Notes: generated by a model from the sequence alone, not told the origin. A stretch of DNA of 64,000 nucleotides from an uncultured Bacteriovoracaceae bacterium (GCA_964364175.1 CAYILR010000003.1:64097-128096); one strand, 5' to 3'. Positions 1 through 8,735 are shown, numbered from the stretch's first letter. Made by a program: numbers and translations.

Positions 1-1930
1 CTTTGGACTGATTCTGACTCTCGCCTTCCTTTTCGCCCGATTTGCTTTTTCTTTCTCGCTGAGTGCGAATATTTTCGTCCATTCCTTGAATGCCGAACGC
101 ATTTCCCTCAGTGTCTCCCCCCGAAACCACTTGATCTCCCGATCCATCCTGAGGCTCACCCGAAATATGAGTGTCTGTGGTCGCGCGCTGTTTTTCTGCA
201 GCGAATTTCTGCGCATCAGCGGCCGCCTTTGCATCCGCACCAAAGCGTGCAGATGCATCACCAGCCTCATGGGAGGTTCCTCCGGATGCTCGCAGGTCAG
301 GAGCTCCCTCCATTTTTTTGCCAAACATTTGGGTGGGGGAATCACCTTGCTGTCGATCCCCTGCCGATGGCCCCATGGCCCCAGAATTTTCGCGACTTTG
401 TGCTGCTCCAGAACCCTTACCCCAATTTGAGGAGGCAGATTCCTTTGCTCCTGATTTTTGATTCAAAGCAGCTTCCGAACCCGTGTCGCTCTGCGACCTC
501 TCAGAACTGCCGAAACCGCCTCGAGCTTCCGACTCCTTCGACACGCGAATTTCAGAAGAGTTTGAATCGTCAGGAGCCGTGCCCCGTGACAGCTTCGACA
601 AGTCCGCTGAACCAGGATCCAATTCACCCGAAATCCTAACCTTCGAAAAACCTTCCGGTGAATTTCCTGAGCCAGAACGCGGAGACGCCTCTGGTTCCGA
701 AGCACTCGGTCCTGGCTTAGTTGGTTGAGGATGACTGAGATGACCGTCCGCTGCCCGAGAGTTGCGAGACGAGCCAGAAACAACCATCGCATCCGGATCC
801 ACGCTGGCTTTGTTCGAGTTTAATCTGCTTTGTGATTCGTTTTCTTCGGAGTGAGAACTAGAACTCCCGCGTTCCATCCGAAGATTGACTTCCGTTTTTT
901 CGGCGGGCCTTGAAGAATGAGCCGTATGAGGCGGAAACCTCGTTTCTCGGGAAGAACTCGCCTCGGAGGGCTCCTCCGGAGCAGGCACAAAACCGACCTC
1001 AGGTTTTTCGGGCAAACGAGTTCCCGCAGCATACTCTTGAAATCCGACCGCTTGAACTTCGATCTCTGCAACAGGGAAGGTAGTGATCTGAGGACCTTGC
1101 TCACCCCAATCGGTCGAAATCAACTTTTCCTGAGGCCCACCGTCATTGCGAGTTCGAGTGAGTTGGGGATCGCTGCTCACCAGAACCCAGGCTCCCTTTT
1201 TCTTGTCATAAACAGGGCACTCTCCAACAAACTGAAATTGAGTGGGTGAAGCCTCCAAAGCAGCCTTTGCATTCCCGCACCACTCCCAAGACTTGGCCTG
1301 AGCCATCGGAGTGTCAGCTCGAGCCCGCCATTCTCCCTGATCCGGTTGCAGCTCGCGTGTGCTGATCATGATCACGATTTTTTTTTCCGGCTCACTCTGA
1401 ACAGCTCGAGCTTTGAAATTTTCCGGAAAACAATACTCCGTCTGGGGAGAATTCCCTGACGGCTTCGGTTTTCTAACCATCCAAACTTCATTCGAGGGCG
1501 GAGGAACACCCTCAATTCGAACCCATTCAGGTGGCCTCTGCACTTGGGGAACCGGTTCCATGAATGCTTTTTCGTGATGCTTGGAAAGTTTGTACGCAAG
1601 CGCCTTGGGGGCGATGGGGGCGAAAAGAAATTCGTGAACCCCCGCTGGTTGCCATCGCTCAATCGGCAGATCTCGATCGTCAATCAGCAGCACGATGCGG
1701 AGTGTGGGATCTTTGGGCGGGCCGCCTTGTTCGAGCCGATAATCCCGAAGTTTTTGCAGAACCCAGCAGATCCCTTGGCCCGATTCACTATTATGAACGG
1801 AAAACACACAAACACAGGGACGGGACGCCAGCAACCGCGCAAAAAAATCCTGATCCCCATGGGTTTCTATGAGGGTGAAATGCCCCGTTTCCTCGATTGC
1901 ACTGACAGCACGCTGCAAGTTCATACTCAT
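1..1930 (-). CDS. Partial CDS running off the window start: degenerate response-regulator receiver-like N-terminal domain followed by a long Ser/Gly/Glu/Asp-rich low-complexity region; hypothetical protein
   Basis: Manual reverse-complement translation: the minus frame with codon first bases at coordinates = 1 mod 3 is open from the TGA at 2003-2005 down to position 1 (>640 codons, no stop). The start-to-stop ORF track therefore omits it. First ATG at 1930 (MSMNLQRAVSAIEETG...); alternative GTG at 1990. The N-terminal ~115 aa fits a receiver-like pattern (...GICWVLQKLRDY...LRIVLLIDDRDLPIERWQPAGVHEFLFAPIAPKALAYKL). Five overlapping plus-strand ORFs (86-1249) are explained as antisense of this GC-rich coding region. 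Confidence 0.5.
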   Translation of the reverse strand, partial: MSMNLQRAVSAIEETGHFTLIETHGDQDFFARLLASRPCVCVFSVHNSESGQGICWVLQKLRDYRLEQGGPPKDPTLRIVLLIDDRDLPIERWQPAGVHEFLFAPIAPKALAYKLSKHHEKAFMEPVPQVQRPPEWVRIEGVPPPSNEVWMVRKPKPSGNSPQTEYCFPENFKARAVQSEPEKKIVIMISTRELQPDQGEWRARADTPMAQAKSWEWCGNAKAALEASPTQFQFVGECPVYDKKKGAWVLVSSDPQLTRTRNDGGPQEKLISTDWGEQGPQITTFPVAEIEVQAVGFQEYAAGTRLPEKPEVGFVPAPEEPSEASSSRETRFPPHTAHSSRPAEKTEVNLRMERGSSSSHSEENESQSRLNSNKASVDPDAMVVSGSSRNSRAADGHLSHPQPTKPGPSASEPEASPRSGSGNSPEGFSKVRISGELDPGSADLSKLSRGTAPDDSNSSEIRVSKESEARGGFGSSERSQSDTGSEAALNQKSGAKESASSNWGKGSGAAQSRENSGAMGPSAGDRQQGDSPTQMFGKKMEGAPDLRASGGTSHEAGDASARFGADAKAAADAQKFAAEKQRATTDTHISGEPQDGSGDQVVSGGDTEGNAFGIQGMDENIRTQRERKSKSGEKEGESQNQSK

Positions 1931-2019
1931 CGGCAGGCAAAGCCACAACGGGATCGGCTTGGATTGCTCGGACTCGGATGGGTTTGTCACAGTTTGAGTG
2001 TATCAATGTCTGCTCTTGA

Positions 2020-2106
2020 ACACAAAGTCGCGTTTCGCGACTTTGCGACGAGGTCCGGTGGGCGGTGGGCCTCTCTGTGCCGTGTTTGACGACAGAGCGC
2101 TGAGGT
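2020..2106 (-). repeat. REP-like palindromic repeat, inverted copy with two hairpin units, immediately upstream of the RAYT gene
   Basis: AAAGTCGCGTTTCGCGACTTTG palindrome followed by ...CCGGTGGGCGGTGGG... and a second palindrome TGACGACAGAGCGCTGAGG. The reverse complement aligns with the copies at 3020-3092 and 5957-6042 (CCACCCACCGGACCTCG..CAAAGTCGCGAAACRCGACTTTGT). Confidence 0.6.
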
Positions 2107-2145
2107 TGGGGCAGGGCTGGCACAGAGTTTGCTCTCTGTGAGCGC

Positions 2146-3093
2146 ATGATTAATCTTGTTGCTCGTGTTTGTGCCCCGGATGCTCCTTTTCAATGCCCTG
2201 ATCTTGCTACGCGGTTTTGGTGGAAACTGCGTGTACGGTTTCCGGACTGCTTGGCATCAGTCATCATGCACAATCACGTTCATTTGCTTTTGCCGGGATC
2301 TGTTGATGCGGAATGGGCAGCCCACACACTACGGGTAATGACTGGAAATTCGAAAACATTGAATTGGGAGCCCGTCCCGGATCCGCAAGTTATTTCTGAT
2401 CCACTGCATGCACGAAGACTTTTGCGTTACATTGTGCTCAATCCTTGTCGGAGCAAACTTTGCCGTGATCCGTTGGAGTGGCTGTGGTCGACGTATCGCG
2501 GATATTTTGGAGCTGTAGCCAGACCGTGGGTGAGTTCACGTCAGCTAGCGCAAGCGTATGGACGTAGCCCGAACGAGCAGTTCCTGGCTTGGTTTCACTC
2601 GTATGTTTCGTCAGACAACACGGTGAACCCAACCGGAACGAGAGTCCTGAAATCGGTCACTCAGTCCGGAATTCAGCCCTATCAGCACCTGGACAGAATC
2701 TGGATGGCTGCGCTTGCGGCGAGTGAAGCAACACCCCGCACACTGTCAGAACGTGATGCTCCTGCTCGACGAGCGATGGTTCATCTGGCTGAGCGCTTTG
2801 GGTGGACGCAGACCTCGATGATCGCCCGAAAGTTGGAGTGCAACGTGCGCACTGTCCAGAGATTGCGCCGGCGCCCGGTGGATCCAGCCTTGCTGCGAGC
2901 AGCGCTCGTGTGCTTGCAGGATGATCGCACATGCAACCTCGTCCCTTCCCTACGCGTCCCGCTCCGGGACGGTGCTGATGCACCGACGGCTTCTCGGGCT
3001 CCTGCCCTCGAAGTGTCGCTCAACACGACAGAGCGGGGGTCAGCAACCCCCGCTCTGCATGACTCTGCCGCGAAACGCGACTTTTTACAGTGA
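2146..3093 (+). CDS. REP-associated tyrosine transposase (RAYT / IS200-like Y1 HUH transposase) with a C-terminal DnaA-C-like helix-turn-helix domain
   Basis: HUH motif VIMHNHVHLLLPGSVD and catalytic Tyr region RRLLRYIVLNPCRSKLCRDPLEWLWSTYRGYF align with E. coli TnpA-REP (EHMHCIWTLPEGD / YRHHVDYIYINPVKHGWV...W.FSTF). The C-terminal ...APARRAMVHLAERFGWTQTSMIARKLECNVRTVQRLRRR resembles the DnaA C-terminal HTH. It is flanked by inverted REP-like repeats. The 3' end of the ORF (aa ~290-315) is encoded by the REP copy itself, so the true C-terminus is uncertain. Confidence 0.7.
   Translation: MINLVARVCAPDAPFQCPDLATRFWWKLRVRFPDCLASVIMHNHVHLLLPGSVDAEWAAHTLRVMTGNSKTLNWEPVPDPQVISDPLHARRLLRYIVLNPCRSKLCRDPLEWLWSTYRGYFGAVARPWVSSRQLAQAYGRSPNEQFLAWFHSYVSSDNTVNPTGTRVLKSVTQSGIQPYQHLDRIWMAALAASEATPRTLSERDAPARRAMVHLAERFGWTQTSMIARKLECNVRTVQRLRRRPVDPALLRAALVCLQDDRTCNLVPSLRVPLRDGADAPTASRAPALEVSLNTTERGSATPALHDSAAKRDFLQ
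3020..3092 (+). repeat. REP-like palindromic repeat copy (direct orientation) overlapping the RAYT 3' end
   Basis: TGTCGCTCAACACGACAGAGCGGGGGTCAGCAACCCCCGC...GCCGCGAAACGCGACTTTTT carries two hairpins, CTGTCGC-N5-GCGACAG and GTCGCG-AAA-CGCGAC. About 80% identical to 5957-6042. Confidence 0.6.
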
Positions 3094-4986
3094 GCTTACG
3101 ACCTGAGCGTAGATCAGCTCATTTCTGAGATCGCTCAGACTGCTGGATAACTGAGATTTCAGCTTTTCTCCTTGGAGAACTGCATCGCGCTGGTCAGCAG
3201 GCTGTGTAGGCCAGGCCTGAACGAGTTGATCTATCGAACGCAGGCTCGCCTCGGCTTCAACGAATGGTTTGATCTCCGTCGCCTGGCAATCAGTTTGGAT
3301 AAACTCGATCAACGAAACCATGGAGAGCAATCCGTGCTTTTTCACCACCAACGGATAGAGCTGATCTTGCAGATCGGATACAGCGTTGAAACGGCTCTGT
3401 TCTAGTTCTTTTGTTTGCTCCACTGGTGCAGGACAAAACCCAGACTTTTGGCTGAAACGCTGTCTAGCCTGCAAAGCTTCCTCAGCAGACCCATAATAAT
3501 CTTGCAAAGACTTGATCATATTCCTGGACTGTTCTCCGAAAGCTCGCAGTTTTTCTTGATACTGAGCTTGAACCAACCCCGCGAATCGAGCTTCTGCCTC
3601 ACTACGCTCTTTTTTCAAGATCGAATCCATTTTCAATGAGAAGAACAAAGACTCGTTTCCTGGACGAACACACCAGGTCAAGCGAGCACCTCGAAAAATA
3701 GTGGCCTCTATCAGCTTGCTCTCCAGCAAACCGCCCAACACATTGCTGCCATGAAAGTCTTGTAAATAAAACTCTCGGAGCCAAGCTTCTCCCAATCCGT
3801 CGTGAGTGATTTGTTCGTAGGCTTTTGCCAGCTCCTCAACACTGCTCGGAGATTCACTTGCAATCGCCTGGATCATCGATTTCATTCGTGTGTGACTGGA
3901 CACTGTGAAAATCGTCATCCGACTCAAATCTTTTGTATCAGGAGCATAGGAGTCGAAGAAAGAATTGATCGAGCTGCCCACGTAAATTTCGTTGTCATTC
4001 AAGGTGATCGGATTGCGTGTCTGGAACGCTTCGGGCTGCCAATAGCAGTTTCCATCAGAACCTGCGTAGACTGAGTTAAAATTACCACGGCTCAACACAC
4101 GTGGATTGTTGCCCGCATAGTCAGTTCGCTCCAACGCACTCGCCAAACCTTCAATGAAGGCTGCCTGATTCGAAGTTTTTGTCAAAATCCAGTCCTGATT
4201 CGAAAAATGATCGATTGCAGCTTGAATATAGCGCATATCATGCCAGTACTTCTCACGCGGATAAACCCCTCTCCACGACCGTTGGATCAGTGCGTGAGCG
4301 ATTTCGTGACGAAGCACTTCTTGAGGACTTCTTCTGATACCGAGAACTCCGGCGAATCCTCTTTCCTGTGGCCTAGGCGCCCAATAAATTTTTCCGTTTT
4401 CGTGATCAAACCAAGAAAATTCCACAATCGATTCTCCTTTAGCGGGAAGAGTCGTGGGTCTCTCCGCAATCACGATTTCAATCGCCTGCCCATTTTTTGC
4501 AACGGTCTGGTCGATGAGATACATACCGACTTCGTCTCCCTCCACCATCGCATGGAGAAGAATCATCAACTGGCCATAACTTTGAATCCAATCAGTCGAC
4601 GAGCAAAGCTGATCGGCTGAAAAAGAATGAGCGCGATCCGAGAAAAAAGTTCGGTGCTCGAGCAAGGAAATTTGAATTTTATTTTTAAGCGCCTCCGGTA
4701 ACTCAGGATAGGCCCACTTTGGATTGTCGCTTTTGCAATTCGTGATGGGAGCCTTTGGAAAGTTCTCTCTGAAATTAGCCAACTCTTCAGCATAATCAGG
4801 ACCCATCGAATTGGCGATCAGGTTTCCGATGAAACCGAAGGGGATCATGTGATCACTTGCACTCACCGTGCCACCACTTCCGTTCGAGCTGCTACCACCT
4901 TCAGCGAAGGCAGTGAGATGAGATGCGCTTACCGCAGTCAGAGCGACAGCTAACGCCATGGATTTGAAATTCTTAAATAACAACAT
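3085..4986 (-). CDS. Secreted zinc metalloprotease-like protein (HExxH motif), unknown family
   Basis: 633-aa ORF with N-terminal signal peptide MLLFKNFKSMALAVALTAVSASHLTAFA and an HEIAH (HExxH) motif in ...VLRHEIAHALIQRSW. AT-rich divergent promoter region at 4987-5152. Confidence 0.75.
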   Translation of the reverse strand: MLLFKNFKSMALAVALTAVSASHLTAFAEGGSSSNGSGGTVSASDHMIPFGFIGNLIANSMGPDYAEELANFRENFPKAPITNCKSDNPKWAYPELPEALKNKIQISLLEHRTFFSDRAHSFSADQLCSSTDWIQSYGQLMILLHAMVEGDEVGMYLIDQTVAKNGQAIEIVIAERPTTLPAKGESIVEFSWFDHENGKIYWAPRPQERGFAGVLGIRRSPQEVLRHEIAHALIQRSWRGVYPREKYWHDMRYIQAAIDHFSNQDWILTKTSNQAAFIEGLASALERTDYAGNNPRVLSRGNFNSVYAGSDGNCYWQPEAFQTRNPITLNDNEIYVGSSINSFFDSYAPDTKDLSRMTIFTVSSHTRMKSMIQAIASESPSSVEELAKAYEQITHDGLGEAWLREFYLQDFHGSNVLGGLLESKLIEATIFRGARLTWCVRPGNESLFFSLKMDSILKKERSEAEARFAGLVQAQYQEKLRAFGEQSRNMIKSLQDYYGSAEEALQARQRFSQKSGFCPAPVEQTKELEQSRFNAVSDLQDQLYPLVVKKHGLLSMVSLIEFIQTDCQATEIKPFVEAEASLRSIDQLVQAWPTQPADQRDAVLQGEKLKSQLSSSLSDLRNELIYAQVVSSL

Positions 4987-5152
4987 ATTTTTACACCTTT
5001 CGTATATAATAATTTATCTTTTAAGTCAACTACTGCTGACTCTTGTGCAGCTTAAATAGAAGATTTTAGCTGCCATGACATCTAAAATTTAATGAATTAT
5101 TAATTAAATATTTAATAAAACATTAAATCAATGCTATAAACATGATTGAATC

Positions 5153-5962
5153 ATGAACACTCCACAGGTTTACGAATTTAACGACTACAAAGACTATCTC
5201 CACGCGCTGGTCGAAAGTCAGAAAACCAGCCCTGGTCTCAAGGTCCGTTGGTCCAAGGCCATGAAATCCCCGCCTTCCTTCTTATCCCAGGTATTGCACG
5301 GGACAGTGAATCTGACACCGGATCACGCTCTGAGACTGACGCGACACTGGGAGATGACTGAGAGCGAACGAGATCATTTTATGGATCTGGTGGATCTAGC
5401 TCGCGCAGGTTCTCCAGAGCTTCAAAACCTCTTGCAAAACCGTCTCCGCGATCGAAAAAGGAGGCAAAGTGATCTGGCCGATCGCTTTGTAAAACCTAAA
5501 TTGGAATCCAGCGAAGCTCAGTGGAGTTACTACACGGCCTGGCACCTCGGTGCGATTCACATGTTGGTGACGATTTCTCGGTATAGAAAATCCCAGGCCA
5601 TAGCGGAACGCTTGCAGCTGCCACTCAGCTTTGTCGAGTCTGGGCTCAAACAACTCCAAGAAATCGGTCTTGTGGAAAACAGCCGAGACGAATGGAGAGC
5701 GACAAAAAACAGCATCCATCTTTCCAAGGACTCTCTGGCCAGCGCACCCAACCATCAGATTTGGAGGCAGCGTGCGGCGCAGAGCATGTATGCGAAATCT
5801 GAGCAGGCATTGCATTATACCGGGCTCCATACCCTGGCGTGGAAGGACATTGCTCGAATCCGAGAGATTCTGCTGGGAGGGATAGAAAAATCCCGGGCTG
5901 TGATCGAGCCGTCTGCGGAGGAAGAATTGATTTGTATCTGCTGTGATTTGTTCTTGGTCTAG
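5153..5962 (+). CDS. TIGR02147-family (Fibrobacter/Bdellovibrio paralogous family) HTH-containing protein
   Basis: 269 aa. The N-terminal ...YEFNDYKDYLHALVESQKTSPGLKVRWSKAMKSPPSFLSQVLHGTVNLTPDHALRL matches the characteristic TIGR02147 N-terminus (Y..YLr....k....fS.R.fa.k.g..S.s.l..vl.GkRnLt). Confidence 0.7.
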   Translation: MNTPQVYEFNDYKDYLHALVESQKTSPGLKVRWSKAMKSPPSFLSQVLHGTVNLTPDHALRLTRHWEMTESERDHFMDLVDLARAGSPELQNLLQNRLRDRKRRQSDLADRFVKPKLESSEAQWSYYTAWHLGAIHMLVTISRYRKSQAIAERLQLPLSFVESGLKQLQEIGLVENSRDEWRATKNSIHLSKDSLASAPNHQIWRQRAAQSMYAKSEQALHYTGLHTLAWKDIARIREILLGGIEKSRAVIEPSAEEELICICCDLFLV

Positions 5963-6042
5963 GCACTCTGTCGCTCAACGCGACAGAGCAGGGGTCACCA
6001 CCCACCGGACCTCGCCACAAAGTCGCGAAACACGACTTTGTA
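5957..6042 (+). repeat. REP-like palindromic repeat copy (direct orientation)
   Basis: CTGTCGCTCAACGCGACAGAGCAGGGGTCACCACCCACCGGACCTCGCCACAAAGTCGCGAAACACGACTTTGT. Same two-hairpin structure as 3020-3092 and the inverted copy at 2020-2106. Confidence 0.6.
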
Positions 6043-6085
6043 GAAATTTTTTGACGCCACGCCTAGTCCGTCATAGTTTGCCGGC

Positions 6086-8539
6086 ATGAATTCAGTATTG
6101 CCGGATCGGGCTAGGGTGGTGGTTGTGGGTGGGGGTGTGATTGGGTGTTCGGTCGCCTATCACCTGGCGGATATGGGTTGGAAGGACATCGTGCTCATTG
6201 AGCGCGATCAGCTGACCTCGGGCACGACTTGGCATGCGGCCGGGCTGATGGTTTGCTTTGGGTCGACCTCCGAGACCTCTACGGAAATGCGCAAATACAC
6301 TCGCGCGCTCTACAGCCGCCTCGAGGCCGAGACGGGTCAGGCTACCGGGTTCAACCCGATTGGATTTATTCAAGTCGCTACCGACAAGGATCGCCTGGAA
6401 GAGTACCGCCGCGTTTCTGCGTTTAATCGATTTTGTGGAATTAATGTGGATGAGATTTCTCCTTCGCAGGTCAAGGAACTCTTCCCCCTCGCACGCGTAG
6501 ACGATGTCCTGGCGGGATTTTATGTGAAGGAAGACGGGCGCGTGAATCCGGTCGATGTCACGATGGCCTTGGGCAAAGGCGCTCGGATGAAGGGCGTGAA
6601 GATTCTGGAGAATGTTTCTGTCACGGGAGTGAAGCAAAAAAACGGCCGCGTGAGCGCAGTCTCCACCGCTCTGGGTGATATTCAAACCGAGTACGTCGTG
6701 AATTGCGCCGGAATGTGGGCGCGGCAACTGGGTGAAAAATCGGGCGTGAATGTCCCCAACCAAGCAGCCGAGCATTATTACCTGATCACCGAAGAAATTC
6801 CGGACATGCCCAAGAACATGCCGGTTCTCGAGGATCCCTCGTCCTACGGATACTTTCGAGAGGAAGTCGGCGGCATCATGGTGGGACTCTTCGAACCCGT
6901 CTGCGCACCTTGGAACATTGAGCGCATTCCCACAGATTTTTCGTTCGGCGAAATTCCGCCGGACTGGGATCGAATGATGCCCTATCTCGAAAAAGCGATG
7001 AACCGCGTACCCATGACGATGAAAGTGGGAATCAAAAAATTCTTCTGCGGTCCGGAAAGTTTCACGCCCGACCTGCGCCCGATCGTCGGCGAAGCGCCTG
7101 AGCTGAAAAATTACTTCGTCGCCGCCGGTTTGAACTCCGTCGGAATTCTCACTGGCGGGGGAATGGGCCGCGTGATCGCCAATTGGATTATCACCGGAAC
7201 TCCTGACGTCGACGTCACCGGATTTAATATCGATCGTTTACATACTTATCAAAACAATCCCGAGTACCGCCGCACCCGCACCGTGGAATCTCTCGGGATG
7301 GTCTACCGCGCGCACTACCCCACGATGTCGTACGAGACCGCGCGTGGCGCAAAACGATCTCCATTCCACGATCGCTTGGCCGCACAGGGCGCTTACTTCA
7401 AAGACGTCAGCGGATGGGAAGGTCCCGATTGGTACGCGCCCGCCGGACACGAGCCCAAAGTCGAAAAACTGTCCTGGGGTCGGATGAATTGGTTCCCGTG
7501 GTGGAAGGCCGAGCACGAAGCCGCGCGCGAGGGCGTGATCGTGATGGATATGTCGTTCATGTCCAAATTCATGGTTCAGGGGCGCGATGCTGGCAAAGCA
7601 CTCAACTACATCTCCGCCAACAGCGTCGACGGCGACAGCGGGATGATCACCTACACCCAGTGGCTCAACCGCGAAGGCAAACTCGAAGCCGATCTCACCG
7701 TCACCAAACTCGGCGAAGAAAAATTCCTCGTCGTCGTCACCGATACGATGCACCGGCACGCAGAGACTTGGATGAAGCGACACTTCCCCGAGGGCGTGCA
7801 TGCCATCGTCACCGACGTGACTTCAGGCTACGGCCAGCTCAATGTTCAGGGCCCTCGCTCGCGTGAGTTGCTGCAATCGATTACGACTACGGATCTCTCG
7901 AACGAGACATTTCCCTTTAGAACCGCACGAGAAATCGACATTGGATTTGCGCGCGTACTCTGCGTGCGAATCACCTACCTGGGCGAACTCGGATACGAAC
8001 TCTACATCCCCGCCGAGCAAGCCGTACACGTCTACGATCGCGTCGTCGAAGCCGGGAAAAAATTCGACCTCCGTCATGCGGGCTTAAAAGCACTGGCTAG
8101 CCTGCGGATGGAAAAAGGCTATCGTGATTACGGCCACGACATCGACAACACCGACAATGCTTTTGAAACGGGATTGGGATTTGCAGTCGATCTGAAAAAA
8201 CCAGATTTCCTCGGCCGCGAAAAAGCCCTCGAGCAAAAAGCTGCCGTGCCGATGACTCGCAGGTTAGTGCAAATCTTGGTGCTCGATCCCGAGCCCCTGA
8301 TGTACCACGCCGAAGTCATTCGCAGAAATGGCCGCCCCGTAGGCTACACTCGCGCAGCTTCTTATGGATTTACTCTAGGCGGTGCTGTGGGATTGGCCAT
8401 GATCGAGGCAGGCGAGCCTGTAGACGCCACCTACATGTCGTCAGGCACCTGGGAAGTCGAAATCGCGGGAAAACTCTATCCTTGCCGTGCTTCGCTCAGG
8501 CCGCTTTATGATCCTGAGATGAAGCGGATCAAGAGTTAG
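6086..8539 (+). CDS. FAD-dependent oxidoreductase fused to a GcvT-like aminomethyltransferase domain (dimethylglycine / sarcosine dehydrogenase family)
   Basis: 817 aa. N-terminal Rossmann motif VVVVGGGVIGCSVAYHL (DAO domain) and a C-terminal GcvT-like folate-binding region; the length is typical of DMGDH/sarcosine dehydrogenase. Confidence 0.9.
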   Translation: MNSVLPDRARVVVVGGGVIGCSVAYHLADMGWKDIVLIERDQLTSGTTWHAAGLMVCFGSTSETSTEMRKYTRALYSRLEAETGQATGFNPIGFIQVATDKDRLEEYRRVSAFNRFCGINVDEISPSQVKELFPLARVDDVLAGFYVKEDGRVNPVDVTMALGKGARMKGVKILENVSVTGVKQKNGRVSAVSTALGDIQTEYVVNCAGMWARQLGEKSGVNVPNQAAEHYYLITEEIPDMPKNMPVLEDPSSYGYFREEVGGIMVGLFEPVCAPWNIERIPTDFSFGEIPPDWDRMMPYLEKAMNRVPMTMKVGIKKFFCGPESFTPDLRPIVGEAPELKNYFVAAGLNSVGILTGGGMGRVIANWIITGTPDVDVTGFNIDRLHTYQNNPEYRRTRTVESLGMVYRAHYPTMSYETARGAKRSPFHDRLAAQGAYFKDVSGWEGPDWYAPAGHEPKVEKLSWGRMNWFPWWKAEHEAAREGVIVMDMSFMSKFMVQGRDAGKALNYISANSVDGDSGMITYTQWLNREGKLEADLTVTKLGEEKFLVVVTDTMHRHAETWMKRHFPEGVHAIVTDVTSGYGQLNVQGPRSRELLQSITTTDLSNETFPFRTAREIDIGFARVLCVRITYLGELGYELYIPAEQAVHVYDRVVEAGKKFDLRHAGLKALASLRMEKGYRDYGHDIDNTDNAFETGLGFAVDLKKPDFLGREKALEQKAAVPMTRRLVQILVLDPEPLMYHAEVIRRNGRPVGYTRAASYGFTLGGAVGLAMIEAGEPVDATYMSSGTWEVEIAGKLYPCRASLRPLYDPEMKRIKS

Positions 8540-8735
8540 AACCATCCTAATCGTCCAAATGCTAAGAATATATGCTCCACCTCAAACAACCCTGAAGAGT
8601 GGTTATTTTTTAGTCACTTGCCCAAAGAGTAGGCCTTTTAAGGCTATATTAAATAAATATTATTCAATAAAATCAAAATTTTACAATCACCCCAGATGGC
8701 ATATCGATTGCAACTGTGTGCCTAGAGAGGTTTCC

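Noticed and set aside
86-1249. Five overlapping plus-strand ORFs (86-430, 171-461, 229-639, 483-728, 917-1249) and minus ORFs 463-792, 820-1104, 1372-1683
   Set aside because: They all overlap each other in different frames with no recognisable motifs. They are explained as spurious ORFs within or antisense to the long low-complexity minus-strand gene that is open to the window edge.
1500-1525. GGTTCGAAT-like tRNA T-arm motif (ccctcaattcgaacccattc)
   Set aside because: No surrounding cloverleaf (no acceptor stem or anticodon arm); it lies inside a coding region.
1544-2089. 181-aa plus-strand ORF
   Set aside because: It is antisense to the receiver-like N-terminus of the large minus-strand gene and extends into the REP repeat; it has no RBS or motifs.
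6092-6775. 227-aa minus ORF inside the DMGDH gene, plus 7238-7801 (-) and 7414-7866 (+)
   Set aside because: Antisense or alternative-frame ORFs within a well-supported 817-aa gene; Arg-rich translations typical of GC-rich antisense frames.
8559-8735. N-terminal 59 codons of the ORF-track version of the first secreted paralog (and 10206-10247 for the second)
   Set aside because: The conserved SD and signal peptide at the downstream ATG in both paralogs show that the upstream part is untranslated leader.
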